A DNA stretch of 43,859 nt, filler included, from Jimgerdemannia flammicorona (taxonomy: Eukaryota), in assembly GCA_003990765.1 (NCBI GenBank). It is 2 parts of 2 records of this genome, joined end to end, with 100 filler letters (N's around TTAATTAATTAA, not from the genome) between each part and the next. Parts side by side here need not be neighbours in the genome. Positions count along the whole stretch, not along the records: positions 1 to 21,880 come from RBNJ01001374.1; 1 more part is not named here. One strand, written 5' to 3'. Position numbers and translations under genes: made by a program. Positions 1 to 13,753 of the stretch are shown here, piece by piece; positions within the stretch are counted from its first letter, which is position 1, and every line of letters starts with the position of its first letter. The notes under the pieces are model-generated. The model searched no databases. It saw nothing but the letters and a program-made list of their open reading frames with translations, and was not told the origin of the DNA.

Positions 1-31
<31 letters not shown>

Positions 32-692
32 GCTAAAACAGTTAAGCAGTTTTTTCATATTAAGTAGAAGAGTTACCCCACTCATAATATCACCTAAAAA
101 AAAGAAGAAGCTCTGGAGAATATAGGTGAAGCTCTTCAGAACTATATGGAAATACTTACTTCATAGCAAAGAAAGGAACTATAGCTCTAAAAATCTAGAG
201 TACATAGTAAATGAAGAAGATAACATATATTATCTAGGGTATATAATACTGAATATTATAAAAAAAAGGAATACTTTAATTAATCAATAAGAGGATACTC
301 AGATAAAGAATAACTCAGTAAGATATAGCAAAATATATTTGAACAACTCTATTTCATGCTATCTGTATCATCTCTGCTAGAGAATAATGAATACTTCATA
401 TAAAACTTAAGAAAGCTAACAATATCAAAACCAATCTCAGTCTACATATTCATATAATAGATATTATTACTAGAAATTGCCTCAGATTATAAGAAATACT
501 ATTTCCAAGAGATTAGAACCTCCAGCCATGACAATGAGAGCCCTTGCTCTGGACAAAAATGGTCAGTTCTCACAAATATATCAACAAGACAAAAAAAAAA
601 AAAACCAAAATCTGTCAACCCTGTATAACTACAACTGCAATGTGACAATATCTTTGAAATAAATATGATCAAAATGAAGTCATACTAAATAG

Positions 693-1571
693 ATGAATAA
701 GTATAAATATCTAGAACAAGAACATACTGCAACTCCTATTCCCCTTCTCTCTCCAAGAAAAGACAAGATAAGAATACCTACTACCTGCTACCAAATAGTC
801 TACTGTAGTCAGTCTCTCTCAAGCTAGGTTGACTGCCTCTTTGGACATATTCAGATTGCTATCAAGGAAGAAACCACTGCTCTGAGACCCTTAACATCTC
901 CAGCCAAGACCTAGGATAGTATGTCCTTAACTACTGTAAACTCATTGAAAGGGCCTATCTTACTATCAGCCATCTAGAAATCTGGTATGAATACAAAATT
1001 GGCTATCAACTTCTTTAACATATAAATGGCCTACTCACTGACCAGATCTCAGACTAGACCAACCTAGATAGGCATAAGCAAAGACTAGTCAAGAAGATCC
1101 ATCAAATCATATATCATATATCTTTTACAATCTCCAACCTTAACTATATACAACTGAAGAACTTCCAGAACCTCTTACATATTTTCCAAGATTGATGAAC
1201 TAGAGATCAAGGTTGCTCAAAAAGTCAACTTCTGGATTACTCTCAAGTCTATTGAATACAAACCTCACTAGAGCTCTCTCCTGAATAATAATCCAGACCA
1301 ATGGCTCTAAGGTCTCTCTAATCTCTTTGAAGAACTATCTATTCAAATAGATATTCTCAGGTATAAGGATCAAGAACTCTACTTAGATGGCCCTAACTAT
1401 ATTAGATAGAGAACTCTTACCCTGATGCTTATATTAGTTTAAGACCTATTTAGAGATCTTATTGACTTCTCCAGTCTTGACATTGAGCTATTAGCCACTA
1501 TCCCTCTAACTACTAGCAGAGATGACAACAATACTAAGGAGGATTTCTCACCCTTCTCCCCTAGTTCTTAA
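693..1571 (+). pseudogene. Decayed accessory ORF downstream of pol in the left LTR element
   Basis: Manual translation gives KLIERAYLTISHLEIWYEYKIGYQLL*HINGLLTDQISD*TNLDRHKQRLVKKIHQI. Stops are explainable by C>T. The motif resembles the accessory ORF at 32582-33043. Confidence 0.45.
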
Positions 1572-1613
1572 TTTTCAAATTAATAAGAATATTGACTTTT
1601 AAGGAGAGAAGAA

Positions 1614-2200
1614 TATAATATGAGACATAATATATAATGAGTGATCATGTGATCCAGTGATGATATTACTATTAATTAGGCATAATATACAATATCAATA
1701 TATAAAAGATAAACATAATGAGCAAATAATGTGAATAAATAATATCCAGCTTATCTACAGTAATTGATATTATAGAAATCAGTACTACAGCAGCTAATTA
1801 TTGCCTAGCAATAGAGGTCCTAATTATAAAGTATTTCTGATCATAAACTCTCTAATAAAGGTCATAATCATAAATCTCACTATAGTTATCAAATTAGTCA
1901 CTTATACTTAGTTAAAAATCACAAACCAACTTGTATAAATACCCCCCAGTTTTCATCTGAAATAAAGTAGTTTTAGTTTAGTCCTTGATACAAGAATCAA
2001 GTCTCCTCCCTATATTTCTCTAAGTCTTAGTAATGACATCTAAGTAACTCTAATATTTCTAACTAAACTCCAGAAGCCTAGCTAACTTCTGCCAGAACTG
2101 AGACTAGTATATAAATCATAAAGACTTAAGTAAACCTCTTATTGAATCTGAATTCTAAGATGAATTTAGTCTATATACAGCAAAGAACAAGTCTCTTACA
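1614..2200 (+). repeat. Putative 3' LTR (~587 bp)
   Basis: Starts TATAATATGAGAC (likely TGTAA.. after G>A) right after the PPT and ends GTCTCTTACA. No partner LTR in the window. Confidence 0.55.
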
Positions 2201-2359
2201 ACTACAGTTAATAAGAAGGATACTACTGCTATAACTACTTTTAAGTGAGTACTTCCTCACACTGAAGAGTTCTTGATATATATTGTATACTAAGTCTCTA
2301 AGTAATACCTTATTTCTCTAATTATCTAAAAGATAAGAGAGGGATAGAAATAAGAGTTA

Positions 2360-3400
2360 TTACAAGTATATAATAATGAAGAGAACTATATCATTATTAA
2401 TGAATATAGAGAGATTATTGTAGTAATAGTAAGGAATCCTACAGTAATAAGCTTTATTGTTATATTAATGAGGTTTGCAAGGACTGCATCAAATACTAAG
2501 TAGTAGAAAAGAAGAGATATAAAAAGCAGAGTGGGAGAGTTTAGACAGAAATTAGATATACTATAATATTGATAAAGAGTGAGTTCTCAAGAGTTTTTTT
2601 TTCAAAATCTTCTTTATTTATCTCCTTATTTTTGAGATTTTCTTTACTAATCTATTCTTGTTAAATTTCCAGAGATATACAGAATACTATACCCTTATTA
2701 GAACTTTAGAAGTACTATTGAAGAATAAGCTACATATAAGTATAATATAGTCTGTGTAGTGATGGTAGCTATGATCTGGAGTTCTTTGAGTAAATTGCTA
2801 GACCAAATAGTAGACCAGCTTGATGGTGCTCTCAGTATAGCTATATATATATTCTTAGTGCAATTTAGTATACTGTATGAGGTAAGAAGCTTGGCATTTT
2901 TTTTAGTACAGTCTGAGAGTTTCTGTCTCTTATATATGAAAAGAAAGAATTTGACCAGATACTATCTATTTCAGCAGGTTTTTAAGCTAGAGCTCTCAGG
3001 ACTAGATAAAGGATAGATATCCTCTAGTACTGTCTGATAATATGAGGTTCTGGACCAAGAGTTTACTCAATTATATACTTATGTTATATTAGGGTATATC
3101 AGGCAAAACATTTCTCTACCTATATATATATATATATAGATAATAATGTCACTTGGTAATGTTTTTTATTTCAGAAAGAAAGAGCCCAATTTGGAAGAAC
3201 AGCAGTAGTATCTGATATGACCTCATTTATGGTTTTGGAATCCTATTTGCAGCTAACATAGCTATCCTATTCCAACCACTTGATCTTTGTGATACTGTTG
3301 CCTTCAAAGAGAGCTCAGATACTACAGTTATTGTACTCACAATAGATTATAGGCTCATCAAGGCCTGGGACTAGAAAGTGGAGCAGTTTTATAAAAGTTA
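2360..3400 (+). pseudogene. Cargo gene of hAT copy 0 (TET/JBP-like dioxygenase, 3' exons only)
   Basis: ORF 2759-3016 (VAMIWSSLSKLLDQIVDQLDGALSIAIYIFLVQFSILYE) and downstream YDLIYGFGILFAANIAILFQP...AFKESSDTTVIVLTIDYRLIKAWD match the cargo of copies 1 and 2. Confidence 0.65.
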
Positions 3401-5443
3401 GACTAGGTGGTCTTTTGTGAAGTTTAGGCAGTCTTTTGTGAGAGTTAGGCAGTCTTTTATGAGAGTTAGGCTGTCTTTTGTGAAGGTTAGACAGTGGTAC
3501 CTCTTTTGTTTTATAGTACTAGTTTTCAGCTTTTAGCTTTTTGCTAAGCTCTACTGGTTTCTTAGCCCTACTTTGTAGTACTGCTGATATAGTATCATAG
3601 TATATAGCCAGAGTATCTGTGGGGCCTGAATCTGTACCAAAGTCTGATTTATACCAGAGTCTGACTGCTTGAAGTTACTTCTCACAATAGATTGTTGGGC
3701 TACAAATTCTGCATGCTCCCTCTGACCTATATCCCCACACTAACTTATAGCTTAAGACTATCTCATACTGCTAATAGAGGGCTACAAATTTTATATACTC
3801 TCTCTGCTAATTTCACCAACCTCCACTCTACTCTTGTTTATTTTACAGTACTAGTTTTAGCTTTTATCAGGCTCTACTGGCCCCTTGGCTCTGCTTTATA
3901 ATACTACTAGTATAGTACTATAGTATAGGGCCAGAGTATTCATAGGGTCTGAATCTATACTTGGGTCTGATCAATATCAGAGTCTAACTGCTTAAAGTTA
4001 CTTCTTACAGTAGGTCATTAAACTACAAATTCTACATACTCTCATCAACCTAGACTTCTATATCAACTTATAGCTTAAGATCACTCTTTGCTACTAGTAG
4101 AGGGCTGCAAATTTTATGTACTCTCTTTACCAACTCTGCCAACCTCTACTAATTCCACCAACCCTACTGATTCCTACCAACTCTACTGACCCCAACCAAC
4201 CCTACTAATCTCTATCCTACTTGGGCTAATGTGGGGCTACAAACACTGATATATACTCTCTACTAGCTACCTTATACTCTGATCTGAACTTTTCTTTCTT
4301 TAAATAATTTACAAAAAATAATTTATATCTGACTATTTTTGTTTAATACTATAGTTATCCAATTTTAGTAGCTCATACTTAATCAAGACTTTAGGTACAT
4401 TCAGGCCTAGATTGTCTCAGCATTCAATATATATCTCTTATGGAAAATAAGATCTACTCTACTAGAGAATGTCTGCTTGACTGGAGCACTGGTGGTAGAA
4501 ATGGCCAGATAGTTCTGAGCCATACTATATAGACTGGAGAAGTCTGTTTAATATATCTGTGGCTATATACCCTAGGGATTAGAATGGTGGTTGGAATAGC
4601 AGGTAAAATTAACCTAACTCTACTAACTATCTAAGGGAAGACAACTCACCTTTTACCAGTTGAGTATCTCTGTACTCTCTAGTAGGATTATATGGTCACT
4701 GGTAAGGTAAATGGTAAGTTCATCTATTGATAGCAGTTCTTCTACTAATGGCTCTCTCTTTCTCTTTCTGCTAAAGTAAATATATAAAAGAAGAGACCCT
4801 TTAATATATTCATCTAGACTTTAGTCAGAATTTTGTAGCAGTATATAGTTTTTCTGATATGTTTTAATTATGACTTACTTGGCTTCCTCAATATAGTATT
4901 ATATCCAGTCTTGATCTTTATAGTATTGTAGCTTTAAATATGGATTCAATATTATTTTGAGAAAGAGAGTGAGTTTTGCAGAGATTTCTCTTTTTTGGAA
5001 GAAGCAACTACAATACTGATATATGTACCTGTACTGATTGAGTATATAATAGTATTTGTTTTAGAGTAGTATTTTTTAAGCTTGCTCAGAGCAATCACTA
5101 TAGTATCTCTCTGATCCAAGCAAAACTAGAAATCACTACTATCTTCTAGTCTTTCCATAAGCTTACCCTCTAGTTAGTTAATCAAATGATTATATACTGG
5201 TATTATAAAGCTTATTATTAGAGTGGTTTTTTTGACAATATTCTTCATATAATTATCAAAATACTGGCAGTTAAGAATAGTGAATTGTTACATTACTATA
5301 TAGAGATAGACAAAATAAATATAGAGTCAAAGCAATCATCACTTACTTCTAAAACTCTGATAACATTCCTTAGTATATCTCACTCACTTTTATCTATAGC
5401 CACACTCTATATTTTCTTATTGGTAGTAATTGTAGAATCTATC

Positions 5444-5483
<40 letters not shown>

Positions 5484-6064
5484 AACTATTTTGAAATTAA
5501 TTAATTAACAATTCTCAGTCTTCTGAAACAATTTACTTCAGTCAACTGAAAAAAGAGCACATACTATAGCAAACTCCAGCATATGCTAGATCATTGTAAA
5601 TATTAAGTTCTAATATGTATATATAGATATCCAATATTAACTCTTTTAAAACTAAACTGATTATCTTATACTATATATACAGCCAATTTGTTCTATCATT
5701 GTAGAGACAATTGGACCAATACAATCAGTTTGTATAGCTTGAAAACAATATTCAGAGTTTCTTCACTTTTGGATATTTTGTCTATATATATAAAATAATC
5801 CTGAACAGTGAGGTTCAGTATATAGATCTGATAATATATATAATAGTTTTCTGTACTAAAGGCCACATTTTCCTATTGAAGATTAGCTACTAAATTTTAG
5901 AAAAATGTTGAGTTATTTGTGATATTATCTATTATAATAGCTAAAATCTATACTTAGTGCTCCAAACGAGTCAATTCGAATCAAATCTAGATTTGATTCA
6001 TCACATGACAGTTTGATCCAAATCTTAAATCCGAAGCCATCCAAATCAACTTGGATTAATCTGA

Positions 6065-6292
6065 ATTACCTCATCCAAATCACTCCATCTAAATCATCCA
6101 TCTGAATCACTCCAATCCAAATCACTCAATCCAAATCACTTAATCCAAATCACTCAATCTGAATCACTCAATCCAAATCACTCAATCTGAATCCTCCAAT
6201 TCGAATCCTCCAATTCAAATCCTCTAATTCAAATCCTTCAATCCAAATCCTCATCTGAATCCTTCAACCGAATCCTCCAATCCAAATCCTCC
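6065..6292 (+). repeat. Subterminal ~14-15-bp tandem array (ATCCAAATCACTCA-like)
   Basis: Directly visible. Also present at ~10740-11065 and, reverse-complemented, at ~19980-20300. Confidence 0.9.
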
Positions 6293-6393
6293 ATATGACT
6301 CATATGCCAGATGCATCCACAACATAATATATATACATATATGTACAATACACATATATGTATATACATACATATATAAATACACAAACACAC

Positions 6394-8973
6394 ATGTCGA
6401 CAGATCAGTCTTCAACATTTCATAGTACTGATGATGCTTCAAGTCAAACATCTCTGATAGTTCCACACCTTCCATACAATTCTTACTCCGAAATCTGGCA
6501 ATATTGTGCTAAGATAGGAGATAATGTTGTTTGTAATTATTGCAGGTAAAAAATTAAGATGCACCTATTGATACTTTTTGTTTGTTTTGACACACACATG
6601 ATATTGTTTCATCCACCTCCATAAACTGCATCAGCTAGAAGTTCAAAATGCTTGGGGGTATGATTTTGAATATGAATCGATATATAAAAGACAAGCACTC
6701 TGACAAAATCAAAAAGAATATAGAGACAAATAAAATCGACATCCAAGCTATAGTGGATATGTTTATCTAATTGCCCAACCATTTCTGTACCAACAATACT
6801 ATTTAATCAAAAATATTTAGCCATACTCTTTAGCAGAATTTCGAAATCGGCTCATTCACTGGATTGTGTATACAGACCAACCATTCACAACTATTGAGAG
6901 TGATCAATTGCATAACATCTTTGGCCTCCTCAAGCATGATTTATATTTGCCAAGTACTAATACTATTCACAAAGATGTCCTGGAGGCCTATAGGAAGGAG
7001 TACGACAATCTCTGTCAGACACTTCAGGTAAAATAAGAGCAGCACCGTGATCTTTGCAAGCTGAATTATATAAAAATTTAACCTCACATTCAATAAGCAG
7101 AATTTGGCAGGCAAAATTTTATTTACGATCAATATATAGATATTCCCCAATGTAATTTTGTTTCTGGGCATTACCGGTCATTAGATTGACCTCGATTGGC
7201 AGCTTAAATCAATCACCCTTGACTTTGTTAAACTTGCTGGCCCTCATTCCAAAGACAACATTGCAGATATTTTTATTAGTTGATCTGGGAGCTTGGGATC
7301 ACAACCAAGGTAAAAAAGGGGGGCTTGCCATCAGGTCAGCATTTTGAGAGAGGTCCTAAAATAAACTAGATTTTATTGGTTATTTATTTTCACATAAATT
7401 CACTGACTAAATATTTCAAGTACAGATTTTGGCCATTATGATGGACAATACCACAAATAACTTAACATTTTTAAAAGTTTTAGCAGCTAGCCTCAAATAG
7501 GAAAATGTGGCCTTTGGTGCAGAAAGCTGCCATGTGTGATGCCAGACCCATATACTGAACCTTACTATTCAGGACTATCTTATACACATAGACAAAACAT
7601 CTGAGAGAGAAGGGGCTCTGAGTATAATTTCTAAGCTGCACAACCTGGTTGTATCAGTCTGATCATCCCCACAACGATGAGACAAATTTGCTGTGTAGTG
7701 TAGGGCAATCAGTTTAGCTCCAAAAGAGCTTATATTGGATGTCTGTATACATTAGAACTCAATATTTACAATGATCCAGCATGTACTAGAGTTTTCTGTA
7801 GTATGTATCCTTTTTTTCTTCAGTCAGCTGAAGCAACTTGTTTCAGATAATTTAAAAAAAAAAAAAAAAGCCAATAGATTCAACAGTGGCTGCCGACAAG
7901 AAAATATGGGCTGAGGCTCTAGGTGAAAGTGAGTGGGACATACTTAGGAATATTGTCAGAGTTTTAGAAGTAAGTGGTAATTGCTCTGGCTCTACACTTG
8001 TTTTGTCAGCCTCTACACTCATTTTGTCTGTCTCCACACAATGTAACACCTCACTACATATAACTACCAGTGTTTCGATGATTGTACAAAGGATATAGTT
8101 AAACAAATAACTCCAACAATAAGCTCAGCAATACCAGTATACAACCTTCTGATTGACCAGCTAGAGGATAAGCTTGAGGATAGGCTGGAGGGTTATAGTA
8201 ATTTACGGTTGAGCCCAGATCAGAGAGATGCTGTGGAGGTTGCTCTTAGCAAGCTCAGAAAGTACTACTCCCAAATAGATACTACCATATACTCAATCAG
8301 TACAAGTATGTCAATGTTGGCATATAGCCATTACCTCTTCCAAAACAGAGAAACCCTCACAAAAGCTCACTCTCTCCTCTTCTTTGAACAGTGCTGGACC
8401 CATGCTTAAAGCTATAATATCATAAAGATCAGGGCTGGGAGCAGCACTTCATTGAGAGAACCAAGCAGGCCATAATCGAAGTGTATCAGAAAAACTATAT
8501 GCTGCTGCAAGATTCTGGCTGAAGTCTGGATGAATATGCTGAGAGATCCCTCCTATCCCACATTTACTTCAGCAGAAAGAGAAAGAGAGAGCCATTAGTG
8601 GAAGAGCTGTTGTCAATAGATGAACTTACCATTTACCTCACCAGCGACCATGTGATCCTGCTGGAGAGTGCAGAGGTACTCAACTGGTAGAAGGTGGGTT
8701 GTCAGGTGGGCATTGTCAGGTAGGCATTGGGCCAATTTAACCCACCAATCTAACCACTGCTCTACCCACTGAAGTGTGCAGCTGCATCAAACAGACTTCC
8801 CCAGCCTATATAGCATGGCTCAGGACTACCTGGTGATTCCTGCCTCTAGTGCTCCTATCGAGCAGATGTTCTTAGGTGGAGTGGACCTCATTGTGCCAAA
8901 GAGGTGTGTGCTGAACACTGAGACAATCTGGGTATATATGTGTCTGAAGTCTTGGTGGGGCTCGGGCCACTAA
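6394..8973 (+). pseudogene. Spliced hAT transposase pseudogene (BED finger, DDE core, C-terminal dimerisation domain)
   Basis: BED-like IWQYCAKIGDNVVCNYC...SNMNRYIKDKH; FLGITGH(W)ID; DNxTNN; HV(R)CQxHxLNL; DVxT(RW)NS; FPSLYSMAQDYLVIPASSAPIEQMF...MCLKSWW. GT-AG introns and many transition-derived stops. Confidence 0.92.
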
Positions 8974-9059
8974 AATTTGGTGGGTCCTGGGGATTTGTGG
9001 ATAAGTTGGTTGGCCTTGTGGAATATTTAATACCTTTCAAAAATAATAAAAAGGTAAAA

Positions 9060-9780
9060 AACCCTGAGGACTCGGCCCAAAGTTTGCAGCCCAAGTGGGC
9101 AGTGGTCGGCAGGGTTGGCAGTGGCGGTGGAGAGAGTGTACAGTGTTTGCGGCCCTCTGCCAGCAGCAAGGGGCAGCCCCAAGCTGTTAGTGTCCGGGTC
9201 GGTGGGCGGGTCAGTGGAGAGAGTATGCAAAATTTACAGCCCTCCACTAGCAGCGAGGGGCAGCCCCAAGCCACAAGTGTCCCAGTCAGGGGGTTGGTGG
9301 AGAGAGTATGCAAAGCTTGCGGCCCTCTGCCAGCAGTGAGGGGCAGCCCCAAGCTGTCAGCACCTGGGTCAGTGGGTGGGGTCAGTCAGTGGGATTGGTG
9401 GGTACAGGGTCAGTGGAGGGAGCATGTAAAATTTGTGGCCCTCCACCAGCAGCAAGGGGTAGCCCCGAGCTGCAAGTATCTGGGATGGGCAGGGCAGGCA
9501 GAGGGAGTGCGCAAAATTTGTGGCCCTCTGTCAGCAGCGAGGGGCAGCCCCAAGCTATCAGTGCCCAGGTCAGTGAGCAGGGTCAGTTGGCAGAGTTAGT
9601 GGGTGCAGGGTTGGTGAGAGAGCATACAAAATTTGTGGCCCTCCATCAGCAGCAAGGGGAAGCCCCAAGCCACAAGTATCCAGGACGGACAGGGTAGGTG
9701 GAGGGAGCATGCAAAATTTGTGGCCCTCTACCAGCAGTATAGGGGCAGCCTTAAGCCGCCAAGGAGTCTGGAGTGGAGGG
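9060..9780 (+). repeat. GC-rich tandem array between the convergent transposase and cargo genes
   Basis: Recurring core AAATTTG(C/T)GGCCCTC(C/T)(G/A)CCAGCAGC(G/A)AGGGGCAGCCCCAAGC. Also at ~13850-14360 and, decayed and reversed, at ~3700-4260. Confidence 0.85.
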
Positions 9781-11159
9781 TGCTTCTGGCAGTTGGAGGG
9801 TGCTTCTGGTGGTCGGAGGGCATTTTCAGTGATCGAAGTCCACTATAGATTCAGGCCCTGTCACCGGTTCGGGTCCCATGTGTACCCTGTCCCTGTGCCG
9901 CAGCACTACACTGGCAGCACTGCAGAGCAGGACTAAGGGGCTGGTAGGGCCCTATATAACAGCTAAGCTAGTGCTACAGAAGAGATGCCTGGCCCAACCC
10001 CCTACATAAGACTGCCTAACTCAAACAAAATAACTGCCTAACCCTCATGAAAGACTGTCTATCCCTCATGAAAGATTGCCTAACCCTCACAAAAACTGCT
10101 CCATCTGCCAGTCTCAGGCCTTGATGAGCCTATCATCTGTTGTGAGTGCGATGACTGTTGTATCTGAGCTCTCCTTGAAGGCAATGGTGCCATGGTGGTT
10201 GTGTGGTTAGAAGAGGATGGCTGTGTTGGCCACAAACAGGACCCCGAAACTATAGGTAAAGTTGTACCAGACTCTACCACTATCCTCCCAGGTTGGGCCC
10301 TTCCTTTCTGGGACATAAAAAATTATCAGGGTGACATTATTGTCTGTATGTGTGGGTAGAGAAAGGTTGTGCCTGACATATCCTGATGTGATATGAGTAT
10401 ACAGTTGGGTGAACCCTTGGCCCAGGACCTCATACTGCCAGGCTGTGCTGGCGGATATCTGCCCTTAGTTCAGCCCTGAGAGCCCCGGCTTGGAAACCTG
10501 CCAAAATGGATGGCAACTGGTCAGTCCTTTTTGTATGCAGAGGGGCAGAAACCCTCTGGGCTGCAGAAACCCCCCAGGCCACAGAAACCCCCCAGGCTGC
10601 AGTACCCCCAAAAAGCGGAGCTTCTCACCTAGTGCTCTAAATGAGTCAATTCAAATCAAATCCGGATTCGATTTATCACATGATGGTTTGATTTGAATCT
10701 CAAATCCGAAGCCATCTGAATCAACTTGGATTTAATCTGAATTGCCCTATCTGAATTGCCCCATCCAAATCATCCATCTGAACTACCCCAATCCAAATTA
10801 CTCAATCTGAATCACTTAATCTGAATCGCCCCATCCGAATCACCCCATCCAAATCACTCATCAAAATCACCCATCCGAACCACCCCAATCCAAATCACTC
10901 AATTCGAATCACTCAATCCGAATCACTTAATCTGAATCACTCAATTCAAATCCTCCAATTCAAATCCTCCAATTCAAATCCTCCAATTCAAATCCTCCAA
11001 TTCAAATTCTTCAATCCAAATCCTCATCCGAATCCTTCAACCGAATCCTCCAATCCAAATCCTCCACATGACTCATATGCTGGACATGTCCACAATACAA
11101 TACACACACACACATATACACACATGCATACACATGTACATACAAACATACAAACACAC

Positions 11160-13753
11160 ATGTCAACAGATCAGTCTTCAACAGTTCACAGTACCGATGA
11201 TGCTTCAAGTCAAACATCCCTGATAGTTCCACACCTTCTATGCAATCCTTGCTCCAAAATCTGGCAATATTGTGCTAAGATAGGAGATGATGTTATTTGT
11301 AATTATTGCAGGTAAAAATTAAGACACATCTATTAACACTTTGTTTTGACACACACATGATATTGTTTTGACACACACATGATATTGTTTCATCCACTCC
11401 CATGAACTGCACCAGCCAGAAGTTCAAAATGCTTGGAGGTATGACTTCGAACATGAATCGATACATAAAAGACAAGCACTCTGACAAAATCAAAAAGAAC
11501 ATGGAGACAAATAAAATCGACATCCAAGCTGTAGTGGGTACATTTATCCGATTGTCTGACCATTTCTGTACCAAAAACGCCATTTAATCAAAAATATTTA
11601 GCCATATTCTTCTGCAGAATTTCGAAATTGGCTCATTCACTGAATTGTGTGTACAGACCAGCTATTCACAACCATCGAGAGTGATCAATTGCATAGCATC
11701 TTTGGCCTCCTCAAGCATGATTTATATTTGCCAAGTGCCAATACTATTCACAAAGATATCCTGGAGGCCTATAGGAAGGAGCATGACAATCTCCACTAGA
11801 CACTTCAGGTAAAATAAGGGCAGCACTGTGACCTTTGCAAGCTGAATTATATAAAAGAGCTCACCAATTTAACCTCACATTCAATAAGCAGAATTTGGCA
11901 GGCAAAATTTCATTTACAATCAATACATGGATATCCTCCAATGTAATTTCATTTCTGGGCATTACTAGTCATTAGATTGACCTTGATTGGCAGCTTAAAT
12001 CTCTCACCCTTAACTTCATCAAACTTGCTGGCCCTCATTCTGGAGATAACATTGCAGATGCTTTTATTAGTTGTATCCAGGAGCTTGGGATCACTACCAA
12101 GGTAAAAAAGGGGGGCTTGCCATCAGGTCGGCATTTTGAGGGAGGTCCTAAACCAAACCAGATTTTATTAATTACTTATTTTCACATAAATTTGTCAACC
12201 AAATATTTCAAGTACAGATTTTGGTCATTACAACTGACAATGCTACAAACAACTCAACATTTTTCCAAGTTTTAGTGGCCAGCCTTAAACAGGAAAATGT
12301 GGCCTTCAGTGCAGAAAGCTGCCATGTGTGATGCCAGGCCCATGTACTGAACCTCACTATTCAGGACTATCTTACGCATATAAACAAAACATCCAAGAGA
12401 GGAGGGGCCCTGAGTATAATTTCCAAGCTGCACAAACTGGTTGTGTTGATCTGATCATCCCCACAACAACAAGACAAATTCGCTGCACAGTATAGAGCAA
12501 TCAGTTTAGCCCCAAAAGAGCTTATATTAGACATCTATATATATTGGAACTCAACATTTGCAATGATCCAGTGCATGCTGGAGTTTGCTGTGGTATGCAT
12601 TCTTTTTTTCTTCAGTCAGCTGAAGCAACTGTTTCAGATGATGGAAGATTTATTTTTTAAAAATAAAAAAAAAAAAAAAAAAAAAAGCCAATAGATTCAA
12701 CAATGGCTGCCGATAAGGAAATATGGGCCAAGGCTCTAAGTGAAAGTGAGTGGGATGTACTTAGGAATGTTGTCAGAGTTTTGGAAGTAAGTGGTGGTTA
12801 CCCTGACTCTACACTCGTTTTGTCTGCCTCTGTACAATACAACACCTCACCACATATAACTGCCAGTGTTTCGACAATTGTACGAAGGATATAGTCAAAC
12901 AAATGACCCTGACAATAAGCTCTGCGATACCAGTATACAACCTTCTGATTGACTGGCTAGAGGACAAGCTCGAGGACAGGCTAGAGGGTTGCAGTGATTT
13001 ATGGTTAAGTCCAGATCAAAGAGATGCCATGGAGATTGCTCTAAGCAAGCTTAGAAAATACTACTCCCAAACAGATACCACTGTATACTCAATCAGTACA
13101 GATATATCGATATCAGCATGTGGCCGTTGCCCCTTCCAAAACAGAGGAAATCCCGCAAAAACTCACTCTCCTTTTCTTCGAACAGTGCTGGACCCACACT
13201 TAAAGCTACAATACTATAAAGATCAGGGCTGGGAGCAGCACTTCATTGAGAGAACCAAGCAGGCCATAATTGAAGTGTACCAGAAAACCTACGCACTGCT
13301 ACAAGGTTCTGGCCGAAGTCTGGACGAATATACTGAGGGATCCCTCCTGTCCCACATTTATTTTAGCAGAAAGAGGAAGAGGGAGCCATCAGTGGAAGAG
13401 CTACTGTTAATAGATAAACTTACCATTTACCTTACCAGTAACTGCGTGGTCCTGCTGGAGGGCACAGAGGTGCTCAACTGGTAGAAGGTAGGTTGTCAGG
13501 TGGGCGTTAGGCCAATTTAACCCACCAATCTAACTACTGCTCTACCCACCGGAGCATGCAGCTGCATCAAACGGACTTCCCCAGTCTGTGTGGTATGGCT
13601 CGGGACTACCTGGCAATTCCTGCCTCCAGCACTCCCATCGAGTGGGTGTTCTCAGATGGGGTGGACCTCGTTGCCCCAAAGAGGTGTATGCTGAATGCTG
13701 AGACAATCTAGGTGTGTATGTGTCTGAAGTCTTGGTGGGGCTTGGGCCACTAA
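11160..13753 (+). pseudogene. hAT transposase pseudogene of copy 2
   Basis: Same motifs as 6394-8973 (MSTDQSS..., ITTDNATNN, CQAHVLNL, VLDPHLKLQYY, ARDYLAIPASSTPIEWVFS, CMCLKSWW). Confidence 0.92.

Larger units (their letters stand above)
30..2200 (+). mobile_element. 3' portion of a degenerate LTR retrotransposon (probable integrase tail, 3' accessory ORF, PPT, 3' LTR)
   Basis: Polypurine tract AAGGAGAGAAGAA (1601-1613) is followed by an LTR-like block with imperfect inverted ends. The upstream sequence is a stop-riddled coding remnant. Confidence 0.6.

Noticed and set aside
1..28. Poly-A run at the window start
   Set aside because: Truncated by the window edge; cannot be assigned as a retroelement tail.
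6065..6292. Regular short repeats resembling a CRISPR array or telomere
   Set aside because: There are no unique spacers or cas genes. The array recurs at the same position in each hAT copy, so it is subterminal TE sequence.
8888..9936. Several 100-220 aa ORFs (also at 13542-14615)
   Set aside because: They arise from stop-poor GC-rich tandem repeats, are open on both strands, and show no recognisable domain.
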